A stretch of 64,000 bases of DNA. It comes from an uncultured Candidatus Binatia bacterium (GTDB taxonomy: Bacteria; Desulfobacterota; Binatia; Bin18). The position numbers were made by a program, and so were the translations under genes. Location: the NCBI GenBank assembly GCA_965200965.1, contig OZ241744.1:1984001-2048000 (forward strand), written 5' to 3'. Below are positions 51,050-60,140 of the stretch, one piece after another. Position 1 is the stretch's first letter. Each line of letters opens with the position of its first letter. The notes below the pieces were generated by a model. The model did no database searches, was not told the origin of the DNA, and saw only the letters and a list, made by a program, of their open reading frames with translations.

Positions 51050-53362
51050 TCACTGCACGCCTGATGCAGCGAATACCCTGAACATCCGCTCCGCCAAGTC
51101 GCAGTAGTCTTGGTCTCTCTCAATACAAACGACCTCTATTCCTTCGCCACATAGCGCTCTTGCGGTCGTCCCACTTCCTCCGAAAGGATCAAGGACAATT
51201 GCCCCAGGAGCCATAAGCGGAGCAAGAAGAGCCGGCACTTCTAGTGGAAATGGTGCAGTATGACCGTGCAGGTTTTCCCCGCGTATCATTTTCAAGACCG
51301 GTTGAGATCTAAGTACACTAGGCAATATCCGGCACCTATCCTTCGTCCTGGAGCGGGTCTCCTCTTCGGGTTTACCGAATACGAGGACATGTTCCCAACA
51401 GTTAAAAGGAGATTGATAGTAGGGAGAAAAATTTCCACCGTTGAAGGCGCGTTTCCCCTCAATCTCACCTTTGTCCCATACAACATTACCGTATAGGGCG
51501 AATCCGGCGCGGCGAAAGAGGTCGGATAACATTGAGCTAAGCACCAACCTCTTATTGGCCATAGCGGAAAATGTAATCGATCTTTCGTTGTCAAAATTAT
51601 CGAAGATGTTGAACAGAAAAAAGGCTCCCGGTTTTAGAACGCGATAGCATTCTTTGATAACTCCAAACATATCATAGAGGTAGCAGTAGATATTCGGCCA
51701 CTGAGCATATTCACGCGCATTATAGTATGGGGGAGACGTCACCACACCGTCAAAATGATCGTTGTCAAACGAGCAAAGCGTAGCGCGTGCATCCCCATGA
51801 ATCAGTTTGAACGGGCCAATATGGACCGAACGAATTCCGGGAACGAATGCTTCTGAATCCTCGTGAGCGGCAACGTATCTGTGGAACCATGCTGAATCAA
51901 AGAATAAATTGGCAATCTTGCGCTGACCAGAAGATTCAATGTCATGCCACTGGACTTTTCTGCCAAAAAGACCAGAGGATTTATTCGTACCAAACCCGAA
52001 AAAATGTAAACAATCTCCGTGAAGGGAATAGCAGCGAACAAGCATCTCAATGACTTCTGCTGGTTCCCTAGCAATTTGGACGTCACGAGCCCAGCCCCTT
52101 ACGATATCGGCCGGAATTAGGTTTTCCGGAGACGCAATGGCCTCCTGCATCAGAAGAGATTTGAACGAGTATCTCTTTCCACGATTATATTTGCTTCTAT
52201 CTGGGCAGAGTAGATTTCTACATTCCCAACTGCGAACACCAAGTGTTGAGTAGGAGTTTCCCCGTACATCTCGAGATCGGCAAGCGGGGCATGGTATCAG
52301 TGTTTCGTCGCGTTGGTTCTTCTGAAATAAGAGCAACAGGCTTTCTGAACCGAACGTCGAATCCGCTGAGTGGCAGAGGACGAAGCAATCTCTGTATGTA
52401 AACCCCTCGTTTGCTAGATCAAATTTCGCTTTCTCGAAATTCAGGTTGCGGATATAAGAAATGGTCTCGCGGGCGACCCGTCGATGTCTGAAATACCCGC
52501 GTTCTAAGACAACCTGAGCAAACTTCTCAGCAAAGAGTTTGACACATTCAGCGAGCTGCCAAGTCATAATTTTATTTTCACTATTGAAACGCAGAGGATC
52601 TATCCAGATGGCGAGATAGCCGTAGTTGTTTAGTTTTGAGTAGCTACGCCTTATCATCTCCATAATCTCAGATTCAAGTGATGCATAATCACCGAATCGT
52701 TTAGAGATAGTGGAATCTATACGAATGACTTCCAAGGTATGATCACGATTATGCAACTTCGGTCGATTTGTGCGAAGCTGAAGCCAGAACGACACTTCAT
52801 ACTGCTTAGGTGAATACTCATCGTCGAAGTAGCTGTGTAGGACTTCCTCCTCCGCGAAAGAGAAAACGAAAGAAGAAAGCGCTGCTAGAAGGATATCTCG
52901 CCCGATCGGTCGCTCACCTATCTTTCTTCGGAGTTTTGAAGGATCGGCTATTTCGTTAGCAAAGGCTTTGATCGTCGTGTCGCGGCTAATGGGGCGAAAC
53001 TGCTTGATTAGCGCCTTTTTCATTAACCGATCTACGCCCTTCTCTTGCAGCACACGAACGAAAGTCGGGCCGTCGGATAGATCGAAAGCCTGCTGAATTA
53101 CCTCTTTCTCGTGATAATTGAAGGTAGTGCCATACTTTGCCGCCGTTGCGTAGACGGCAGCAGCTAGGGTCTGATTCAAGCGAAATTTCCGGTTGATATG
53201 TGCTAGTAGCCGTCGTGTTCGTTCATAGGTGCATCGCAGAGGCTTGGATTCGAGGAACTTACATAAATCGGTCAAAGCCGCCCTGTACTCGGTCGTTAGC
53301 TGGGGCTCGAAAGTAGTGATCTGCTCGAACTCAGCGAGTACTTTCTGGAAGAGAGTGGTCAT
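51050..53362 (-). CDS. large site-specific DNA methyltransferase (beta-class N4-C/N6-A domain at the C-terminus) with Zn ribbon and long N-terminal region
   Basis: VTSPPYY, RVLKPG, W.K, H.APFP, VLDPFGGSGTT; central CPAC...WEC....C. Confidence 0.88.
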   Translation of the reverse strand: MTTLFQKVLAEFEQITTFEPQLTTEYRAALTDLCKFLESKPLRCTYERTRRLLAHINRKFRLNQTLAAAVYATAAKYGTTFNYHEKEVIQQAFDLSDGPTFVRVLQEKGVDRLMKKALIKQFRPISRDTTIKAFANEIADPSKLRRKIGERPIGRDILLAALSSFVFSFAEEEVLHSYFDDEYSPKQYEVSFWLQLRTNRPKLHNRDHTLEVIRIDSTISKRFGDYASLESEIMEMIRRSYSKLNNYGYLAIWIDPLRFNSENKIMTWQLAECVKLFAEKFAQVVLERGYFRHRRVARETISYIRNLNFEKAKFDLANEGFTYRDCFVLCHSADSTFGSESLLLLFQKNQRDETLIPCPACRSRDVRGNSYSTLGVRSWECRNLLCPDRSKYNRGKRYSFKSLLMQEAIASPENLIPADIVRGWARDVQIAREPAEVIEMLVRCYSLHGDCLHFFGFGTNKSSGLFGRKVQWHDIESSGQRKIANLFFDSAWFHRYVAAHEDSEAFVPGIRSVHIGPFKLIHGDARATLCSFDNDHFDGVVTSPPYYNAREYAQWPNIYCYLYDMFGVIKECYRVLKPGAFFLFNIFDNFDNERSITFSAMANKRLVLSSMLSDLFRRAGFALYGNVVWDKGEIEGKRAFNGGNFSPYYQSPFNCWEHVLVFGKPEEETRSRTKDRCRILPSVLRSQPVLKMIRGENLHGHTAPFPLEVPALLAPLMAPGAIVLDPFGGSGTTARALCGEGIEVVCIERDQDYCDLAERMFRVFAASGVQ

Positions 53363-53533
53363 CTTGTTCTACATCCCATCAGACCAAATCGCCCTACGTT
53401 GTAGCGATTTATTCATCACGAAATTCGTTGCTTTCCTCATTATCGTCCTTTCCTTTCTTCTTGACTGTCACCGCCACCCTCATCTGTAACCTTCTCTTTT
53501 TCCTGCCTTTCAGACGATTATCCAGAACAGCGA

Positions 53534-53580
53534 GCTCTTATACCATCCACAGAGCTTCCACGCAAGCAAAAAGGACCGGG
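53534..53580. repeat. direct repeat, right copy (47 bp)
   Basis: GCTCTTATACCATCCACAGAGCTTCCACGCAAGCAAAAAGGACCGGG. Confidence 0.95.
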
Positions 53581-53657
53581 TGCAGTACGTCCGACCGGCT
53601 CTTGGCCAACGATGTTGCATCATTTCCAAGCTCGCGGCTTTCCGCTACTACACAAGC

Positions 53658-54638
53658 ATGAACAAGAAATTTGACGTGTACGGCATGGGAAACGCTCTGG
53701 TTGATGTGCAGTTCCAGGTCAGCGAGCAGACCCTGCACGACCTGGGTCTTGACAAGGGTGGCATGCGGCTGGTCGATACGGCCCGGCAAAACCGCCTGCT
53801 GGACCACTGCAAGCATCTGTCTCCGCATCGTGCCAGCGGCGGCTCGGCCGCCAACTCCATGATTGCCATCACCCAGCTTGGCGGTCGGGCGGCCTACGGC
53901 TGCCTGGTCGGCGACGATGAGTTGGGACGCTTTTATTTTGGCGAAATGCAGTCGCTCGGCGTCCGCCTGCCCATCCCGCCCATCAGCGGACAGCCGACCG
54001 GGACATGCATCATCCTCATCACCCCAGACGCCGAGCGGACCATGAACACCTCGCTTGGTGCCAGCGGCGTCTTTGAGGTCGGGCATGTGACCGAAGACGC
54101 GCTCAAACAGGCCACTTGGCTCTATCTGGAGGGCTATTTGTTCTCAACACCCGGCGGTCGAGCCGCGGCCGGCCGGGCGATCGAACTGGCCAGGAAACAT
54201 CGGGCCACCATTGCTCTCACCTTCTCCGACCGCTTCATCGTTGAGGCGTGCGGCGACGCGCTCCGCGCTGCGGTGGCCGAGTGTGACCTGATCTTTGCCA
54301 ACGAACACGAGGCCGGCGCGTATGTCGGCAAAGAGCGGACCGAAGATATCTTTTCGCTCTTCCAACACAGCGCTCCGCAGGTCGTGATGACCCGCGGCGA
54401 ACACGGTGCCTGGGGCAATGTTGGCGGGACGGCGTTTCAGGTCCCCGCAGTTCCCACCCGTGCGCTGGACGCAACCGGTGCCGGCGACATGTTTGCCGGT
54501 GCCTTCCTGTACGCCCTGACCCATCACTACACGCCCGAAGACGCCGCCCGCCTAGCCTGCCGGCTGTCCAGCAAAGTCGTCTCACAGCTCGGGCCGCGCC
54601 TGCACGACGATGTCACGGCCCTGCTGCGCCGCGGCTAA
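53658..54638 (+). CDS. PfkB-family carbohydrate/adenosine kinase
   Basis: GNALVD, SGGSAAN, PDAERTM.T.LG, FANE.E, DATGAGDMFAG. Confidence 0.92.
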   Translation: MNKKFDVYGMGNALVDVQFQVSEQTLHDLGLDKGGMRLVDTARQNRLLDHCKHLSPHRASGGSAANSMIAITQLGGRAAYGCLVGDDELGRFYFGEMQSLGVRLPIPPISGQPTGTCIILITPDAERTMNTSLGASGVFEVGHVTEDALKQATWLYLEGYLFSTPGGRAAAGRAIELARKHRATIALTFSDRFIVEACGDALRAAVAECDLIFANEHEAGAYVGKERTEDIFSLFQHSAPQVVMTRGEHGAWGNVGGTAFQVPAVPTRALDATGAGDMFAGAFLYALTHHYTPEDAARLACRLSSKVVSQLGPRLHDDVTALLRRG

Positions 54639-54695
54639 ACGCGCACACCTTCTCAGGTCAATTCCCGCACTTGGCGCAGACCCTGGGGGTTCCTG

Positions 54696-55295
54696 TCACG
54701 AGCCGGGGGTGCTCAGCCCCGTCCAGTGCCGATACTCCTGCGGGGTATCAATATCGGCCACAACGCCGGGGTCGTTGAGCGAAACGGGCCGAACGCGGGC
54801 GGGGTCTTTACGCACGACCACTTTGGCCCCCTGATCCAGCGGAGCGGCCAGCAGCTCTGCATAGACTTGGCGGGAGAACAAGACCGGATGGCCACGCTTG
54901 CCCCGGTAGGTGGCAATACTGATCGGGACGGGAGCGGCCCGAAACGAAGCAATGAGCGCGGCGATGGTCTCCGCCCTCACCAGCGGATGGTCAACCAGGT
55001 TCACTACCGCGGCATCACTGGTGGGCGACAGCGCCCGCAGCCCGCAGCCCAGAGAGGACAGCTGGCCCAGCGTATAGTGCGGATTGACGACCGTGCGCAG
55101 GGCCGGATGCCGGGGCAGCGCGGGCCGCAGCCTGGACTCCCAGGCACCGAGCACCACGATCAGTTCCTCGACCTCGGCGCTGAAAAAAGCCCTGCAACTC
55201 CGCTCAAGAAAAGTCTGGCCGTGGCAGGGCAGGAGCGCCTTAGGCGATCCCATGCGGCGGGACTCGCCGGCGGCCAGAAGAATTCCCGAGGTCAT
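54696..55295 (-). CDS. mocA: molybdenum cofactor cytidylyltransferase-like nucleotidyltransferase
   Basis: LAAGESRRMG.PKALL, GQLSSL, D.P, GHPVLF, DIDTP; adjacent to xdhC. Confidence 0.82.
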   Translation of the reverse strand: MTSGILLAAGESRRMGSPKALLPCHGQTFLERSCRAFFSAEVEELIVVLGAWESRLRPALPRHPALRTVVNPHYTLGQLSSLGCGLRALSPTSDAAVVNLVDHPLVRAETIAALIASFRAAPVPISIATYRGKRGHPVLFSRQVYAELLAAPLDQGAKVVVRKDPARVRPVSLNDPGVVADIDTPQEYRHWTGLSTPGS

Positions 55296-56464
55296 GGGCT
55301 GGCCGGAGTTGAGCCGCCAAATTTCAACGGTCCGCTCGAGCGTGCTTTGGCGGCCAGCGGCAGCGTCTCCAGCGGCCCGTTACGGCGCACCCGGACGATC
55401 TCAGCCGCAATCGCCACGGCAATTTCGGCCGGCGTCTCAGCCGCAATATCCAGGCCCATAGGGGTGTGGACGCGGCTCAACTGCTGAAGGCTGAAGCCCT
55501 GCTCGGCCAGCCGCTCCAGGGTGGTTTTTGCCCGGCGTTTGCTCCCGATCATGCCGATATAGGCCGGGGTCTTGTTCAGCGCAGCCCGCACCGACTCCTC
55601 GTCATGCACATGGCCGCGGGTGACTACCACGACAAAGGTCCGGTCGTTGATGTCGAGGCTTTCCATCACCTGACCAAAGGGACCGACCCGGATATCGGCC
55701 GCGTGGGGAAAACGCTCAGCATTGGCAAACATCCATCGATCATCAACCACAATCGTCCGAAACCCCATCAGGTGAGCAATCTCACATAGCGGCTGGGCAA
55801 TATGGCCGGCACCGACAATAATCAGGGTTTGCTGACCCGACTGGACATCAACAAAGACCTTGGGCCAGTTGTGCCGGCGGGCGGCGACCTCTTCCACGGC
55901 CTGGCCCTGGGGCGAGACCACAAACAGCCGGGACTTGCCATCTGCAACAGAAGAGCTGAAGGCATCCACAAGAGTTTGGTCAAGCGCCAGAGCCGGGCCC
56001 GGGGCAGGGCCGCCGCGGCCCACCGACAGACACCCCTTGGCCCCCGGGCTGAGGCTGCCGTTGACCGGCTCCAGAGCCGTTACCAGCGCCGTTGGCCGCC
56101 GCGCCCGGCTCGCCTCGGCCAGAGCATGGGCCAGCTGGCGGTGCTCGTCGGGCCGCCACACGTCAAGGGCCACATCCATCAGTCCGCCACAGACCTGAAT
56201 CACGTCCTGATCAAAATCGCCGGTCAGGTCAACCTCGACTATGCGCGGCGCTAAGTTTTGCTGCAACACCGGATAGGCCCGGCGCAACACCTCGCCCTCC
56301 CCACACCCGCCACCAATTGTGCCAAACGGCTGGCCGTCGGGCGGGACAATCATCTTGGCCCCGACCTCGCGCGGGACAGAGCCTCGCGTGCGGATAATGG
56401 TCGCTAGGACAAACGGCTGGCCGTCAGCCAGCAAGGCTTCGGCGCGGTCCCATAAATCATCCAT
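55292..56464 (-). CDS. xdhC: XdhC/CoxI molybdoenzyme maturation factor
   Basis: GS.PR..GAKM, GTIGGGC.E, CGG, GAGHIA, YIGMIGS.RR, P.GLDI.AETP.EIAV. Confidence 0.92.
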   Translation of the reverse strand: MDDLWDRAEALLADGQPFVLATIIRTRGSVPREVGAKMIVPPDGQPFGTIGGGCGEGEVLRRAYPVLQQNLAPRIVEVDLTGDFDQDVIQVCGGLMDVALDVWRPDEHRQLAHALAEASRARRPTALVTALEPVNGSLSPGAKGCLSVGRGGPAPGPALALDQTLVDAFSSSVADGKSRLFVVSPQGQAVEEVAARRHNWPKVFVDVQSGQQTLIIVGAGHIAQPLCEIAHLMGFRTIVVDDRWMFANAERFPHAADIRVGPFGQVMESLDINDRTFVVVVTRGHVHDEESVRAALNKTPAYIGMIGSKRRAKTTLERLAEQGFSLQQLSRVHTPMGLDIAAETPAEIAVAIAAEIVRVRRNGPLETLPLAAKARSSGPLKFGGSTPASP

Positions 56465-56538
56465 AGCGTCTCAATCCTCTCCATCGCTGCCCAGAACCAG
56501 CATATGCCCGGGCGAGAAAAAAGAACAGACCTGACACA

Positions 56539-56567
56539 TTGCCGACCCTCACCCCCTGCCGTATGCT
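56539..56567 (+). promoter_or_regulatory. sigma70 promoter, probably leaderless transcript
   Basis: TTGCCG-17-TATGCT with the ATG at 56574, 6 nt downstream. Confidence 0.5.
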
Positions 56568-56573
56568 GAGCCT

Positions 56574-57617
56574 ATGAAGCTGCGGGTGGTGTGTCAAGAA
56601 CACGTTTTGCCCGGCCTCAGCCTAGCCAGCGACCGGTTCTTTTTGCAAACGGTGGACAACACCGCAGTCCTGCGGGTGTACACCCATCCGGGCGACGTGG
56701 TGGTACTCGGCCGCTACCACCCTGTCGCACGCCTGAGCGCGACCGACCGGGTGACTGTCACCCGCCGTCTGAGCGGCGGACGGGTCATGCCGAGCGGACA
56801 GGGCTTTGTCAACTTCTCCCTGATCCTGCCGCACCGCTCGGCCTTTTTTTCGGATGACCCCTTATACCTGGCACCGTTTCAAGTCCTTAATCGCCACGTC
56901 CGCGGCGTCCTGCACGGTTTTAAGACGGCTGGGGTCAAGCTGTTCTACCCGGGCCGGGATTTTCTCACCATTGACCGTCTGCCGGTTGGCTGGGTGTCGT
57001 TCAGCAGTGAACAAAACGGAGCAGCGCTCGTCGAGGGCAGCCTGGCTGTTCGGCGCGATTTCAGCCTCCTGCCCTCCCTGCTGGACAGGGTTGATCCGCA
57101 CGGCACGATCGCCAGCCAATTTTTCGCCCCCGAGCAGGTCACCAGTCTGGAGCGGGTGGCCGGCAGGCCACCGTCGCTGGCCCGGGTGACTCGTCTCTTG
57201 CAACACGGATTTTCTCACTTGGCTGCGAGCTGTGTCCGCCAAGACCTGAGTCAGACCGAGCAGGAGCGTATCGCCCGCTTGGCCCGTACAGCCGCGGCCG
57301 AAAACTGGCTCTCCAGTTCGCCGGCCCGCACCGAGCTGCCCTTTCAGCCCAGCGTCCCCACCCCCCTCGGTCGCCTGATCATCGGTTTTAGCGTGACGCC
57401 TCAACGGACCCTCTCAGCGCTGTGTCTGAGCGGAGATTTTATCGCGCCGGCCCACACCGTGAGGAGCCTCCAGGCCCGCCTCAGCGGACAGCCGGTGGTC
57501 TATCCTGCCCTTGAACGGGCGGTGGACCAGCTCTTCCTGCACCCCGATCATTATCTCTTAGGCCCCAAGCATATCCAGGTCATTCCACAAACCATCGTAC
57601 ACGCCTATGGCCTGTAG
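56574..57617 (+). CDS. lipoate--protein ligase-like protein (divergent)
   Basis: LRVY, V.LGR, RRLSGGR, VTSL, C-terminal domain with SGDF. Confidence 0.7.
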   Translation: MKLRVVCQEHVLPGLSLASDRFFLQTVDNTAVLRVYTHPGDVVVLGRYHPVARLSATDRVTVTRRLSGGRVMPSGQGFVNFSLILPHRSAFFSDDPLYLAPFQVLNRHVRGVLHGFKTAGVKLFYPGRDFLTIDRLPVGWVSFSSEQNGAALVEGSLAVRRDFSLLPSLLDRVDPHGTIASQFFAPEQVTSLERVAGRPPSLARVTRLLQHGFSHLAASCVRQDLSQTEQERIARLARTAAAENWLSSSPARTELPFQPSVPTPLGRLIIGFSVTPQRTLSALCLSGDFIAPAHTVRSLQARLSGQPVVYPALERAVDQLFLHPDHYLLGPKHIQVIPQTIVHAYGL

Positions 57618-58431
57618 CCGTCTGTCTCGCCAGCTCAGCTTAGACAACCCCCGTACCCGCCTGGCCGGCCTGACCGAGTTGCAACAGGCCAGCGACGACC
57701 TCGTCCTGCCGCCGCAGGTGGTAGACAGTCTGCTCGGCTGCCTAGGCGACCACCACAAAGCCGTCCAACGCGGGGCCGCCCAGCAGCTGGTCCGTTTCTC
57801 TCCCCGTCAGCCGGCCATTGTCGAGGCGCTGTCTGACAAACTGACCGACCCCCAGCCCCGCATCCGCTGGACAGCCGCCTACACCCTGTCCCAACTCCCG
57901 CTGCCCGACCCCCGGCCCCTGCCGGCCCTGCTTGAAAACCTGGGCCATCAGGAGAGCGACCTGCGCTGGGCAGCCGCCACCGCCCTGCTCCAGCTCGCCA
58001 GAGACCATCCGGTGGCGCTGACCAAGCTGCTTGATATGGCCGGCAGCGGCAATCCGGTTCAACGCCGCATGGCGCTCTATTGTCTGCGGGACGCTGGCCA
58101 GACAGGGCCGGCGTCCCGACGGGTCTACCTGGCGAGTCTGGGCGACCGGCAGCCCGGCGTGCGGCTGGCCGGCCTGTCGTGCCTCGCCAAATGCCCGCCC
58201 CGCGGGGCCGACATTGAGGCCGCCCTGCTCTCGATTTTGGCAACCGACCCGGATAGCGGCGTACGCCGCGCCAGCGCGGCCGCCCTAGGGCAGCGCGGCT
58301 GCCGCTCGTCGGCGGCCGTGGAGGCATTGGAACAGGCTGCGGGCGGACAAGACCCGAGTCTGGCCCGAGCCGCGGCCGCCGCGCTCAAAAGGCTGTGCCT
58401 GCCAAACATGGACAAAGGCCGGACGTACTGA
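57607..58431 (+). CDS. HEAT-repeat protein
   Basis: Repeated L.D....VR..AA..L units. Confidence 0.85.
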   Translation: MACSRLSRQLSLDNPRTRLAGLTELQQASDDLVLPPQVVDSLLGCLGDHHKAVQRGAAQQLVRFSPRQPAIVEALSDKLTDPQPRIRWTAAYTLSQLPLPDPRPLPALLENLGHQESDLRWAAATALLQLARDHPVALTKLLDMAGSGNPVQRRMALYCLRDAGQTGPASRRVYLASLGDRQPGVRLAGLSCLAKCPPRGADIEAALLSILATDPDSGVRRASAAALGQRGCRSSAAVEALEQAAGGQDPSLARAAAAALKRLCLPNMDKGRTY

Positions 58432-58455
58432 CCGCCACAGGGGGAAGAGGACAGT

Positions 58456-60102
58456 TCACCGCTGGAGGAAAAGCCCGGCCATGAATCTGAAATCCACCTC
58501 GGGCAGATCGATAATTTCTTGCAACTCGGGGCGGGCAGCCTCGGCCAAGACCCGCATGGCCGTCTCCTCGTCCGCACTCCAGGCCAGATGTCTGGCCGCC
58601 AAGTTCACAAACTCCGCGTACTGCTCAGCAAAAGGCGTGTCCGCAAACATCCGCTGAAAATCCTCCACCTCCGTCCGCCCCAGCGGCTGAATGGCAAACT
58701 CGTGGGCTGCCACCCAATTGATAAAAGCCGTGTTCCACACTGCTTCCAGGCTGAGCACCCGGGCTGCCGGGCTGTCTGCGGCATCGATCCACAGCCGCAG
58801 CGCGGCAAACCAGAGCGGGATATGGGCCAGGACGGTTTCAACCCGCCGCACATCGGCCAGAGTCCGAAAACATCGGTACAGCACCTCGCCCGGCGTGTCC
58901 AGACCCTCAAAAAAGACCGGCCTGGGCCGTCGCACGCCGGCCCAGGTTTCACGGAAAGGCGTATCCACCGAGCGTTGCCAGTCCGCCCTGCCCTCCTTTT
59001 GCAGGACCGTGTCCAAGTGTCTGGACTGCCGATACAGGCCCAGCACCAGGCTCCAGCCGATCTGGAAAAAAGCGTGGAGCCGGGTGTCATGCACCAACTC
59101 GGCGGCTTGGGCCGGGTCGCCCCCGGCGGCATATTCAAGCCCGATATTCAGCACGTCATGCACCAACTCGGCGCAGCGGCGGACCTCGCTCAGCTCTCCG
59201 GTATCACACGCCTCGGCCATGACCACATGGTTGGTCAGATAGGCCAACTCCGCGCTCAGCTGCTCCCGGATAGCCGGATCAACGGCCGCCAGGGCAGCCC
59301 CAAAAAAGGAGTGCGGTTCAGACACCAGGAGCGCGGCGTGGTCAGGCGGGATGAACTCTTCCGCGTCGGCAAAGCGCAGCGGCCGGAGTCCTGCCCGCGG
59401 GTATTGCTCGGGCCGCACCGTGTGGGGTGGGACGGTCCGAAAGATCTCCCGTGCCTGCTCAAAGTCGGGATAGCCCCGGTCGGCCAGACGCGCCGTCCGC
59501 CAGCGCAGGGCTTCTTCTTCGAGCTGCGCCTCCAACTCAAACAAGCTCTGCTCCAGGATATGGGTATAAAACCGATAATCGAGAACCCGCAGCCGCTCCA
59601 GGAGCAGGGCGACAATCGGCTCCTCATCCCCGACAAAACGCAACAGGTATTGGTCGTCAAAGCTGAAATAGTGGCCGGGATGAAAATCGGACGCATCTTC
59701 AACCTCGGCCTTGCGCACTACCTCAAGGGAGCGCTTGACCAGCCACACCAGCAGCTCGACATCGGCCTGCAAGGCCCACTCGGCCAGCTTGCCGCTGCCG
59801 GCCTCGTCCAGAAACATCAGCCAGCTCAGAATCCGCCTGGCGTCCAAACGGTCCTTGTGCCAGCAGTCCAGGTCCATCATGTCCCGCACCTGCTCGGCCG
59901 AGGCCAGCCCCAGCAGCCCGACTGCGTCGCTCAGGCCGATCTCTTTGAGGGTGTACAGCAGGCTCTCGGCCGACAGACTGCGGGCCAAGGCCAAGCTGTG
60001 GGGCGAGGCCAGGATGCGTTCCTGGCGACTTTTGGCCGGCAGGCCGCTGAGTTGGCTGAGCTGCTCGTGGAGCGCGGAGCGGTGTGTGGCGGGGGTGGCC
60101 AT
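58456..60102 (-). CDS. DUF6178-like hypothetical protein
   Basis: EIG..DA..LL..AS.EQ....DLDCW..D, EE.A.RWR..RLAD.G.P, IGLE, F..G pattern. Confidence 0.7.
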   Translation of the reverse strand: MATPATHRSALHEQLSQLSGLPAKSRQERILASPHSLALARSLSAESLLYTLKEIGLSDAVGLLGLASAEQVRDMMDLDCWHKDRLDARRILSWLMFLDEAGSGKLAEWALQADVELLVWLVKRSLEVVRKAEVEDASDFHPGHYFSFDDQYLLRFVGDEEPIVALLLERLRVLDYRFYTHILEQSLFELEAQLEEEALRWRTARLADRGYPDFEQAREIFRTVPPHTVRPEQYPRAGLRPLRFADAEEFIPPDHAALLVSEPHSFFGAALAAVDPAIREQLSAELAYLTNHVVMAEACDTGELSEVRRCAELVHDVLNIGLEYAAGGDPAQAAELVHDTRLHAFFQIGWSLVLGLYRQSRHLDTVLQKEGRADWQRSVDTPFRETWAGVRRPRPVFFEGLDTPGEVLYRCFRTLADVRRVETVLAHIPLWFAALRLWIDAADSPAARVLSLEAVWNTAFINWVAAHEFAIQPLGRTEVEDFQRMFADTPFAEQYAEFVNLAARHLAWSADEETAMRVLAEAARPELQEIIDLPEVDFRFMAGLFLQR

Positions 60103-60140
60103 GCGGACAGAAAGACACGCGGGCGAGGCGGGCACCGCCG

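Larger units (their letters stand above)
49444..53580. mobile_element. ~4.1 kb inserted island (restriction-modification-like), bounded by direct repeats, no integrase
   Basis: Long direct repeat, visibly lower GC than the flanks, XRE + HNH + methyltransferase cargo. Confidence 0.8.
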
